From a virus, in IMG/VR virus record IMGVR_UViG_3300025438_000009, positions 1 to 64,000 of that record: a DNA stretch of 64,000 nt. One strand, written 5' to 3'. Below are positions 30,646 to 39,488 of this stretch, one piece after another. The notes beneath the pieces are model-generated. The model was not told the origin of the DNA, made no database searches, and was given only the letters and a program-made list of their open reading frames with translations. A program made the position numbers and the translations under genes. Within the stretch, counting starts at the first letter, position 1, and each line of letters opens with the position of its first letter.

Positions 30646-30921
30646 ATGGGAAACTTACAAGCAGCATCACTGGCAGAGTTGGCTATTGACGACAACGCCC
30701 TGCACAACGCCCTGGCTATCCACTTGCGGAGTAATCACTATCCCCCCGTGAACTATGCCTTTATCCCCGTAGCGAAGCAAGCAATCGCTTTGGCAATCGA
30801 GGAAGACTATGACGCCGAGTTGGAATACCCTAATGGTCTGGTGCGGAGTGTCGCACACACTATCGAGGGACTTCACTTAGACGCTTTTGTGGAGGCTCGG
30901 GTAGGTGACTACGATGAGTAA
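30646..30921 (+). CDS. conserved phage hypothetical protein
   Basis: HLRSNHYPPV..HLDAF; AAGGAG RBS. Confidence 0.7.
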   Translation: MGNLQAASLAELAIDDNALHNALAIHLRSNHYPPVNYAFIPVAKQAIALAIEEDYDAELEYPNGLVRSVAHTIEGLHLDAFVEARVGDYDE

Positions 30922-31175
30922 TCAAGTTGCCGTTACTGAACTACCCCAGTGCGACTTTTGCGCGGGGGAGGCAGAGTATGACGCCAAGACAACTTTAGGA
31001 CCCTGGGCTAATATGTGTGAAGGCGACTTCCAAACCTACGGAGTTGGACAACTAGGGACTGGCTTTGGGCAGAAACTGGTCGTCCTCACCTACTAAGACA
31101 ATAAGCAAGAGGGAGTCAGGAAACTGGCTCCCTTTTGTGTTTGACAATGGCAAACGCCGATGATATAGTGTAACT

Positions 31176-31343
31176 ATGAATAAGAAACCTAAGCACAGAG
31201 GAATAGCGAACCCAGCCTATGCGCTCGCTATGTCTGAGTTGCGCCGCTCGAACGCCTCGGGGACTCACGCCGACAAGCGTACTCGCAGGGTACGCACTCG
31301 CAGTGCCTCGAAGCGCAGGTCGCTGGAGGACTATCGTGGCTAA
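31176..31343 (+). CDS. 55-aa very basic leaderless protein (not in ORF track)
   Basis: MNKKPKHRG..ELRRSNASGTHADKRTRRVRTR; TTGACA-17-TATAGT ends 6 nt before ATG. Confidence 0.7.
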   Translation: MNKKPKHRGIANPAYALAMSELRRSNASGTHADKRTRRVRTRSASKRRSLEDYRG

Positions 31344-32225
31344 GTTGCTGGGACTGAGTGTAGTGCTCGGAGTGTTGGTGGCGTTGTCCCCCGACTCCCC
31401 TGGGACCCTCGCAGGGCTGATAGTCGCGAGTGCGGTTGCTGCAGTGTCAGTAGTCGCCGATAGAATGTAAGTGTAAGACAAACCACAACTAAGGAGAAGC
31501 AAAATGAACAGAGATGATTTTTTCAGGAAAGTTCTGGAAATATTCCCCGAAGCAATTATTGACGAGGAATACGCCACTGGTGAGTTGATGATATCAACTG
31601 GCTGGAAGTTTGACACCATCGACACCATCGTCCCCCTGGTCGAGAAGTAGGGGTAAAGACAATGAGTACCACACCCTGCAACATATGCGTAATCGCAGTT
31701 GATACCGATATCCACGCCGAAGAACTAGGAATGTGTGTGGACTGCTCGAACGAGTATTTCACGCACGCAGATGAATAAGAAATAACAAAGATGGCCCCTG
31801 CATAAATGTGGGGGCTGTTTTTTTGTGGGAGTAGTGGGGGCGAACGTAAAGAAAGTGTACGCAGGAGATGCGCGGTGTCAGTGGTTGCTGATACACTAAA
31901 AATGTACCCAAAAACACTCTAAAAGAAGGAAAACCTATGATACACAACATTATTTCCCCCCGAGGTTCGTATTTTGCTGGTGATGGGTCATACGGAAGCG
32001 CTAAAAACGTCGTGATTGTCGATACCGACAGTTGGACTGAAGAAGACTGGGCGCGTATCGAGGACGCCTCCGATGAAGAACGTCCCGACATCGCCGGCGA
32101 GCTGGGAACATACTATTGGTCTGCATCAAGAAAAAATATCTAATATTTAGTGTTTCAACTTGACAAGATGACATTGAGGCACTATTCTTGAAGTATCAAG
32201 AACAACCACTAGGGAAGGAAACCCA

Positions 32226-32507
32226 ATGGAAAAGACAGTAAACACCGCGACTGCCGAGGCAGTGTCGCAGTTGGTCCAGGTTCGTAAAGCCATCAAGAAA
32301 ATGCAGGAGCAGGAAAGCGCATTGCGCGACACTGTGATTGCGGGACTGGGTGACCACAGTGTCGCAGTGTTCCGAGGACAGCAGATTGCTCGCTTGACTC
32401 AGGTCACCCGCGTGACTGTGGACAGCAAGAAGTTGCAGGAGTCTTTTCCCGAGGCTTTTGAGGCCACCAAGCGTGAAAGCATCTCACCCCGACTGACTTT
32501 AGTCTAG
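32226..32507 (+). CDS. hypothetical protein, paralog of 29560..29841
   Basis: aligns without gaps to 29560..29841. Confidence 0.8.
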   Translation: MEKTVNTATAEAVSQLVQVRKAIKKMQEQESALRDTVIAGLGDHSVAVFRGQQIARLTQVTRVTVDSKKLQESFPEAFEATKRESISPRLTLV

Positions 32508-32609
32508 GGGAAAGCACAAGCCCTAGTTGCTACGGCAACTGGGGCTTTTGCTATTTGCATTAGAAGAGACATTCTGATACACTCAAGGAACCGTACAGAA
32601 AGAAAAAAT

Positions 32610-32927
32610 ATGGACAACTATGCAATATCTTTTGCGAGTGAACTGGAGTTACGCTTTGGCGGAAAAAATGCAAACTACATCTTTGAAGTTATTCCTGGAC
32701 GGAAGTTTGACAAGATTGTGCGAAGGCTAACTGGCAGTGAGCAGACTAGCGTCCACGCATTCGTTGAGCGTTCTACGGGAGCACTCATCAAAGCTGCGAG
32801 CTGGTCACAACCACAGAAGGATACGCAGGGAAGACTTGCTATTCGCTACAACCTGGCAGACGAGCAAGAGTACAAGCGAGCAGTAGAGAGTGCCGACGAG
32901 TTTGGAAGTTACCTTTACGCACGCTAG
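32610..32927 (+). CDS. conserved phage hypothetical protein
   Basis: GRKFDKIV..SVHAFV...G..KAASW..P. Confidence 0.7.
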   Translation: MDNYAISFASELELRFGGKNANYIFEVIPGRKFDKIVRRLTGSEQTSVHAFVERSTGALIKAASWSQPQKDTQGRLAIRYNLADEQEYKRAVESADEFGSYLYAR

Positions 32928-32990
32928 TTTGACATTCGTAAGAGTGTCGCCTACACTAAAGCAATACCTAATCACAATGAAAGGAACACA

Positions 32991-33332
32991 ATGGTAGAAA
33001 TGAAATGGGAAGAGCCACCTCAGCAGTTGCTGGGTCGTGGTCATACTGACTGGCGGGCAGTCGCCGATGCTTTGAAGAGCAACCCCAACGAGTGGGCAAT
33101 AGTCGCAGAAAATGTTAGCGCGTCAACTGGGACACACATTCGTTATGGTCGCCTCAAGGCATTCGAGCCATCTGGCGCATTCGAAGCACGAGTAAGTGGC
33201 GCACGAGGAGACGCAAGCGGTAGGGCTAGTAAAGTCTACGCACGTTATGTGGGTGCCGGTAGTGTTACTACCACTCCCGTGACCGAAGTAGTAGAGGAAG
33301 GGACTCCGTTCTCTTCCTGGGGTTCTGAGTAA
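32991..33332 (+). CDS. conserved actinophage hypothetical protein
   Basis: WEEPP..W..VA..L..NP.EWA..VYARYVG. Confidence 0.7.
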   Translation: MVEMKWEEPPQQLLGRGHTDWRAVADALKSNPNEWAIVAENVSASTGTHIRYGRLKAFEPSGAFEARVSGARGDASGRASKVYARYVGAGSVTTTPVTEVVEEGTPFSSWGSE

Positions 33333-33728
33333 ACAGAATCCAACAAGGCCCCCGAGCAATCGGGGGTTTTTGTTTTGTACGGCGTGTCGTTTTGCATTCT
33401 CTGTGTGTTTTTGGTACTGTGTAAGTACCACAAGGAAAGGAATCGAAATGGAAAATCCATTCGACAACCCAGACATCATCAACACCGAAGCTATCGAGGA
33501 TATGGACGACCAGACTGTAAAGACAATCTGGAATATCCTGACTAAAGCAGGATACTAAATCACAAGAAGGACCCTCCGAAAGGGGGGTTCTTTTTTTGTC
33601 GTCCTGTCGCGAGGGCCGGGTGCGAACGTAAAGAATGTGTACATGTTGAAAGTTGGCTGATGTGCGAGTGTCAGTGGTTGCTGATAAAGAAAAACCCCCT
33701 CACTCTCGAGGGGGGGTTTCCTTTTGGG

Positions 33729-33818
33729 CTATCGGCCTCTACGAACCTGAACGAAGTAGACAATCCATAAGATTATTGCTAAGGGAATTGCGACCTCTGC
33801 GGGGATGTTGTCTTGCAT
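33729..33818 (-). CDS. 29-aa single-TM peptide in an inverted cassette
   Basis: MQDNIPAEVAIPLAIILWIVYFVQVRRGR; GAAAGGA RBS; TTGCTT-17-TATACT promoter. Confidence 0.7.
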   Translation of the reverse strand: MQDNIPAEVAIPLAIILWIVYFVQVRRGR

Positions 33819-34041
33819 TTTGTTTCCTTTCGTCGTCCTTATATCTCAAGTATAAGATGAAACTTTGTAAAAAGCAAGTCCTGTAACTAATTTTTGACGT
33901 GCTCTAGCATATTTCTCTCCGCAGTGCAAGTAGTTTCCGTCACACGGAAAACGTCCCCTCAAACTTTCTACATTGGCGTGTCATAGTTGCGAGTGTCAGT
34001 GGTCTCTGGTACAGTGTGATTACCACAAGAAAGGATTTGAT

Positions 34042-34569
34042 ATGACTACATCATTCGCCACCGAACGCCAGATGGCTTTTATTCGCAACTTGGTTGCCGA
34101 GCGTGACGTTGCCCCTGTTGAGTTTGCGGGCATGACTGTACGCGAAGCCTCTGCCACGATTGAGCAGTTACTGGCTACGCCCAAGAAAGCCTCTGTAGTC
34201 AGGTTCTCTGACGTGCTCACCTCTTTGCCCAAGTCGAAGTACGCTCTGCCGTATCAACTGGTAGCGCCAGTCTTTACGGACAGTAGTTTCGACAACGACT
34301 ACCTCTTCGTCGAGGTGCGGGAGCACCGGGGAACGACTTACATGAGGAAGTTGCAAGGTTCATTGGGCGACTTTGTTCGCACACGGTTCTCCCGTGATGA
34401 AGAGCAGTCGCTCTACAACATCCTGAGTTCTAACCCTGTTGAGTACATCACGAAGTTTGGTGAAGTATTTTCCTGCTGTGGCAAGTGCTCCGCACCACTC
34501 ACCACAGAGCGAAGCAGGGAATTGCTCTTGGGACCGGACTGCGCCCGAATGTTGGGGGTGAGGTACTAA
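34042..34569 (+). CDS. protein with C-terminal DUF6011-like Zn finger
   Basis: ATERQ..FI..L; CGKC..PLT...S....GPDC. Confidence 0.75.
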   Translation: MTTSFATERQMAFIRNLVAERDVAPVEFAGMTVREASATIEQLLATPKKASVVRFSDVLTSLPKSKYALPYQLVAPVFTDSSFDNDYLFVEVREHRGTTYMRKLQGSLGDFVRTRFSRDEEQSLYNILSSNPVEYITKFGEVFSCCGKCSAPLTTERSRELLLGPDCARMLGVRY

Positions 34570-34738
34570 TAGTCTAGATAATTGCAGACCAGCTCACGGG
34601 AAATGCAATGTTTCTAAAGGAACTAATCTTTATTAGCCGACTATTGACCTCAACTTGACAGTTGGGGCGTAGTTTGGTATGCTTATTATGTCAGAAAGTG
34701 TATTTACACAACCACAACTTTGAAAAGGAGGTGCACCT

Positions 34739-35698
34739 ATGACAAAAAACCTTCAAATTGCGTATAGTGATGACTATCTCAACTGGGACCTCGGTTCTGG
34801 AGACGGCACCCACATTACGAAGCCTATTCGGGCGAAGCTTGCTACGGAGTTTCTCGTTGATTCATTGGGAGACAAAGTAGACATTATCGAGCCCGCCATT
34901 AGGGAGGGAGACCGCGAGAAGCTAGAAGCTACTCACGACCCTGGATATGTTTCTCGGGTGCTCGACTCCTATCAAGCCCACGACTGGTCTGGTGCCAACA
35001 AGAGCAATGCCGAGACAGCATTCAAGATGTTTGCGGGCACTGTTCGATTGACTGAGAACATTATCTCCGGTGAGACTAATGTTGGATTCAATCCTCAAGG
35101 CGCTAAGCACCACGCTAAGTATTCACACAGCGAAGGGTTCTGTGTGTTCAACGACATGGTGTGGGCTGCTAGGGAGTTCAAGAAGGCTGGTATGAAGCCT
35201 TTGTACCTGGACTGGGATGTTCACGCTGGTAACGGCGTACAGAACCTTTTGGAACTGGAGGACATTCCGACTCTGAGTATTCACGCCTCGGGTATCTACC
35301 CATTCAACGACAACAACCACAGTATGAAGAATAGCAAGATTGCTACGACTCATACCTGGCACAGCACGACTAGCCATTACTACAACTGGAATATCGAACT
35401 GCCCGGATACGACTACGATTTGTACCGTGCTCTCGATGGAGTGGAAGAAGTTATTGACCACTATCAGCCAGATGTAGTCCTACTCGCCGCTGGTGCGGAT
35501 GGACATGAGAATGACATCTGGGGAATGAAGTACAGCATTGACGGATTCACCTGGGCGTCTCACCGACTGTCGAAGATGGTAGAGAAGTATGCCGAAGGTA
35601 GGATTCTCATTGGAGGCGCTGGAGGCTATCAACCCTACGACTGGACACCACTGGTGTGGAAAGAAGTAGTCGAGACAATGTACACCAACGTGCGCTAG
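34739..35698 (+). CDS. Zn-dependent histone-deacetylase/AcuC-family enzyme
   Basis: GAKHHA, GFCVFND, YLDWDVHAGNG, LSIH, GADGH, GAGGY. Confidence 0.92.
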   Translation: MTKNLQIAYSDDYLNWDLGSGDGTHITKPIRAKLATEFLVDSLGDKVDIIEPAIREGDREKLEATHDPGYVSRVLDSYQAHDWSGANKSNAETAFKMFAGTVRLTENIISGETNVGFNPQGAKHHAKYSHSEGFCVFNDMVWAAREFKKAGMKPLYLDWDVHAGNGVQNLLELEDIPTLSIHASGIYPFNDNNHSMKNSKIATTHTWHSTTSHYYNWNIELPGYDYDLYRALDGVEEVIDHYQPDVVLLAAGADGHENDIWGMKYSIDGFTWASHRLSKMVEKYAEGRILIGGAGGYQPYDWTPLVWKEVVETMYTNVR

Positions 35699-36031
35699 GA
35701 TAACGACATGGAAATTATTATTCTTGTTTCGTTATCTGTTGCCGTAGGTATTGTTACGGGCATGGGGTTCTGCACATGGAGAGCCTATGCCCGTGACGCC
35801 CGCCTGAGACAAATGCCTCTGTTAGGCGTTGTGCTCCCCCCTAAGAAAGATAAGTAGTGCGTAGGGTCTGGGTATACCTAAGAGACCTGGTGTGGACTGC
35901 TGTGGCGTCCGTGGCGCTTGCGGTAGTCTCCCTGGTCGCCCTCGCCCTCGGGAACCCCGAAGGTGCTGGAGTATTTGCTCTGTTGGCGGTAGGGTCTGCA
36001 ATCCTATCAACACGTTCATAATTTGCTATAG

Positions 36032-36478
36032 TTGGTGATTATGGAAGATAAAAAGCCACACTCCAATAAGCCAACTCCTAAAGACTTTGCTCGCAAGCTT
36101 GATGAAGTTGTACCTACTCCACCCAAGAAAGAAGCGGAGCCTGCTCCTGTTTCTGCTCCCCCAAAGTCTTTGGCCCCAAGAACGGCTTACGCTGTTGTTA
36201 GTGGGAAGAACCAAGACGACGTGCACTTGTCTAAGGCTGTGTATAAGAACACTGCCCGCAAGCGCTCACTTACCGTCCACCACATTCAGCGCAGGCTGAC
36301 TGAGTGGGGGCACTATGACGCCTTTCTTGACAAGGATGGATTCTACGGTGACAGCACCAAAAAGTCCGTCATTGAGTTTCAAGATAGGATGGGCATTATT
36401 GCCACAGGGTTGATGGACATTGAGACTATGACCAAACTCTTCGAAAACGATACAAACGTAGTCGTTCATTTGTCCTAA
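36032..36478 (+). CDS. peptidoglycan-binding-domain protein
   Basis: V..IQRRL...G..DGFYG..T...V..FQ...G...TG..D..T. Confidence 0.75.
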   Translation: MVIMEDKKPHSNKPTPKDFARKLDEVVPTPPKKEAEPAPVSAPPKSLAPRTAYAVVSGKNQDDVHLSKAVYKNTARKRSLTVHHIQRRLTEWGHYDAFLDKDGFYGDSTKKSVIEFQDRMGIIATGLMDIETMTKLFENDTNVVVHLS

Positions 36479-37112
36479 CAACCAAAACCTAAAACGTCAG
36501 GCCCCTCGCTTACGCGGGGGGTCTTTCGTATTGTGTGGGTATACACATTCTTTACGTTCGCGAGTATTATGGTTTAGTAATTTTTGTTTGTCAATTTGAC
36601 TTTGTCAGTGGTGAGCACTATACTAGTTATATAACAACTACACAGAGAGAGGAAGTGGACATGAGCGGATACACCGTAACCACACCCACGGGGCGCTACG
36701 CCCAGACCAGCGCGGGGGAAGTACTAGTGTTCGACACCGAGCGTAATGCTGAGACCTACATTTGGGATAGGTACTACGATTTTCGGGATTCCTTCACCAT
36801 TGCCCCGAGCACCAAGGACAGTGGTCGCCCAGTGAGAGCCACAGACCTAATGCGCTTTAGCGCCTAGCACCAAACGGAGTAGCCCCCCTACGCACTAGAT
36901 GCTAGGGGGGTTATTTGTTTTTTGACACGATTTGACAGTGCTAGTTTTGATAACTATACTTGGAGTATCAAGTCAATTAGTTAGGGGTGATGCACTACGG
37001 GTGCTCATGGGGCGCCTTGTTCAGTGCTATCGCTCAGATACGTCTGTAGCATCGGGGGGCCTCGGCCCCCCACACTAAAAGACAATGACAGACAAGACAG
37101 AAAGAAGGAAAG

Positions 37113-37454
37113 ATGAGAACAGCAGTGAAAGTAACCACAGAAGGACAAGTGGCAGTGCTCGACTTAGACAGTGTGGACAGTGAACTATCAACACTTCAGA
37201 GTGCCGTAGGTGGGTGGATTGAAGCAGTAGACGTAGCTGGAGAAATGAGTATCTACCTAAATGAAGAAGGAAAGATGATAGGACTCCCTATCAACTATGT
37301 AGCTACTTGGTACTTCGACCAGACATGGGGAGCAGGGAAAGACATTATCGTAGGTGATGTTGTATTCACTGGACTACCCGATGGAGAAGGTAAGACCATG
37401 GGACTTACCGTCGAGCAGCTGACCGGCGTTATGGACCGCGTAGGCGCTAGCTAG
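37113..37454 (+). CDS. DUF3846-like protein
   Basis: LQSAVGGWIE, NEEGK..LPIN..AT, DIIVGDVV. Confidence 0.8.
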   Translation: MRTAVKVTTEGQVAVLDLDSVDSELSTLQSAVGGWIEAVDVAGEMSIYLNEEGKMIGLPINYVATWYFDQTWGAGKDIIVGDVVFTGLPDGEGKTMGLTVEQLTGVMDRVGAS

Positions 37455-37519
37455 CCAACACCCCAAGTAAAGACCCCCACACACCCCGTGGGGGTTTTTG
37501 CTATGATATCCTTGACCCT

Positions 37520-38080
37520 ATGAACCTACCTAATGACGTACAAAATGACCTAGCTCGCCACGCCGGGAACACTTTGACCTTGCCGTACCTTGCCCGTGTC
37601 CTACGGGACAGTGGGTGGACGTTGAGTGCTATTGCTGAACCTTTAGGCCTAACCCGCGAGCGCGTGCGACAAATTATCAACAGTGCAACCGATAAAGACT
37701 ACGAAAGTCTTGCGGACTTCGCGAACAGCATTGGTTTTGAAATCCCTGCGCCCCCGCCCAAGCCAGTGCTGGAAGAACGTAAAAAAAGTGTACGCCCGAC
37801 AGTAGGCCAAGAAAACATTGAACGGATGTTGGAACTGCAACCTTTTGCTAGGCAAGTGCGCTCGAACAGCCCGCTTTACCGTGCGGAGGGTGAGGAATAC
37901 ACTCGTCTCATTGCTTATGAGCACCTAGAACGTGGTGTATCACTCTTTAGCTTGAGTAAAGAGCTGGGAGTGACTCACGGGGCACTTCGCTTCCGGTTAG
38001 TGCGATACGGGTATAAAGAAGCGACTTCAGAACATAAAGTCTACAGACCTATTAGCCAGGAGAACAGAGTACATGGGTAA
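37520..38080 (+). CDS. double-HTH DNA-binding protein
   Basis: GWTLSAIAEPLGLTRERVRQI and GVSLFSLSKELGVTHGALRFRL. Confidence 0.8.
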   Translation: MNLPNDVQNDLARHAGNTLTLPYLARVLRDSGWTLSAIAEPLGLTRERVRQIINSATDKDYESLADFANSIGFEIPAPPPKPVLEERKKSVRPTVGQENIERMLELQPFARQVRSNSPLYRAEGEEYTRLIAYEHLERGVSLFSLSKELGVTHGALRFRLVRYGYKEATSEHKVYRPISQENRVHG

Positions 38081-39488
38081 ATCTCTCGCTCAGATAGTTG
38101 CAGAACTTCCCGATGAGGAGAGACTGCAAGCGATGGAAGGACTAGACCCTGACAACCTTTTATGGGACTGGAGATTCTGGGGCAGACCAGAACAGATTCC
38201 CCCTGCTGATGACTCGTGGAACGTGGGACTGTACTTAGCTGGACGTGGAGCTGGGAAGACCAGGGCAGCAGCGGAGTGGATTAGGGACAGAGCTAAGATT
38301 TCAGACCGGGGACACTTGAGATTCCTGTTGGTCGCTCGTACTGCAGCTGACGTGCGAGACGTGCTTGTGGAGGGTGACTCAGGAGTACTCAACGTTAGCC
38401 CGCCCTCAGAGCGACCACTCTATGAACCATCCAAGCGTAGGCTCACGTGGCCCAATGGGAACACTGCTGTACTCTCGACCGCTGATGAACCTGACTCACT
38501 TCGTGGTGTGCAAGCACATTACTCGTGGGCTGATGAGTTGGCAGCGTGGAGGCAGACCCCAGATGCAGCAGGCATGACCTCATGGGACAACTTGAGGGTG
38601 GCAACTCGTCTAGGTATGAACCCTCAGATACTGGCGACCACCACACCCAAGCGCGTGCCTGTGCTCTATGCATTACTAGATGAAGCCAAGCAGGGAAAGA
38701 AGATATGGATATCTCGGGGCTCAACCATGGACAACGCTGGCAACCTATCAGAGGCATACTTGAGTGCTATCACGGGAGTGTATGAAGGTACTCGGCTTGC
38801 AGCACAAGAGCTCTATGGTGAGATGCTTGACGCTGTTGAGGGAGCACTGTGGACGGAGGAGCTAATTAGTGCTGGGAGGCAGAGTGTCATGCCTAGTGGA
38901 CTTCCCCTACGCTGTATTGGTGTAGACCCCTCGGTAGCGGAGAGCCCTCGTGATGAGTGCGGGATAGTCGTAGTGGCTAGTACCGCCGAACGTGACCTGT
39001 ACAAGAGACAATCGTGGGTACTGGAGGATGCTAGTGTCCTCGGGTCGCCTACAGTGTGGGCCCAGAGAGTAGTGGACATGGCTCGCAAGTGGGGTTGTCC
39101 TGTAGTGGCAGAGGTGAACCAAGGTGGAGCTTTGGTAAGTAATGCTATCCACACCATCGACCCGAACATCACGGTGTTGGAGGTGCACTCCAAGTACGGC
39201 AAAGCCCTGCGGGCAGAGCCCATCACCCTAGCGTATGAACAGTCACGGGTGCATCACCTCGGATACTTCGCGGAGCTCGAGAGCCAGATGACTTCGTGGG
39301 TACCAGGTGAAAGTAAGTCTCCCGACAGAGTTGATGCACTTGTACATGCACTTACGGCTTTGCTCATCAAGCCCCCTGCTGGATTCAGTGGTGGGAAGAT
39401 TACGGCTAAGTCCCATGCGGGTAGGCGTATATCTGATGGTAATAGTGTCGCCGGACGTGGCGGGCGTGGAGTGTTCAGAGTACGGTAG
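38073..39488 (+). CDS. terL: terminase large subunit
   Basis: AGRGAGKT, WADE, TTTP, IGVDP, EVNQGG, SPDRVDA. Confidence 0.95.
   Translation: MGKSLAQIVAELPDEERLQAMEGLDPDNLLWDWRFWGRPEQIPPADDSWNVGLYLAGRGAGKTRAAAEWIRDRAKISDRGHLRFLLVARTAADVRDVLVEGDSGVLNVSPPSERPLYEPSKRRLTWPNGNTAVLSTADEPDSLRGVQAHYSWADELAAWRQTPDAAGMTSWDNLRVATRLGMNPQILATTTPKRVPVLYALLDEAKQGKKIWISRGSTMDNAGNLSEAYLSAITGVYEGTRLAAQELYGEMLDAVEGALWTEELISAGRQSVMPSGLPLRCIGVDPSVAESPRDECGIVVVASTAERDLYKRQSWVLEDASVLGSPTVWAQRVVDMARKWGCPVVAEVNQGGALVSNAIHTIDPNITVLEVHSKYGKALRAEPITLAYEQSRVHHLGYFAELESQMTSWVPGESKSPDRVDALVHALTALLIKPPAGFSGGKITAKSHAGRRISDGNSVAGRGGRGVFRVR

Noticed and set aside
27570-33642. 19-bp repeats as a CRISPR array or classical integron attC sites
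   Set aside because: Spacing is ~1-2 kb with whole transcription units between copies, the motif is not palindromic, and no cas or integrase gene is in the window
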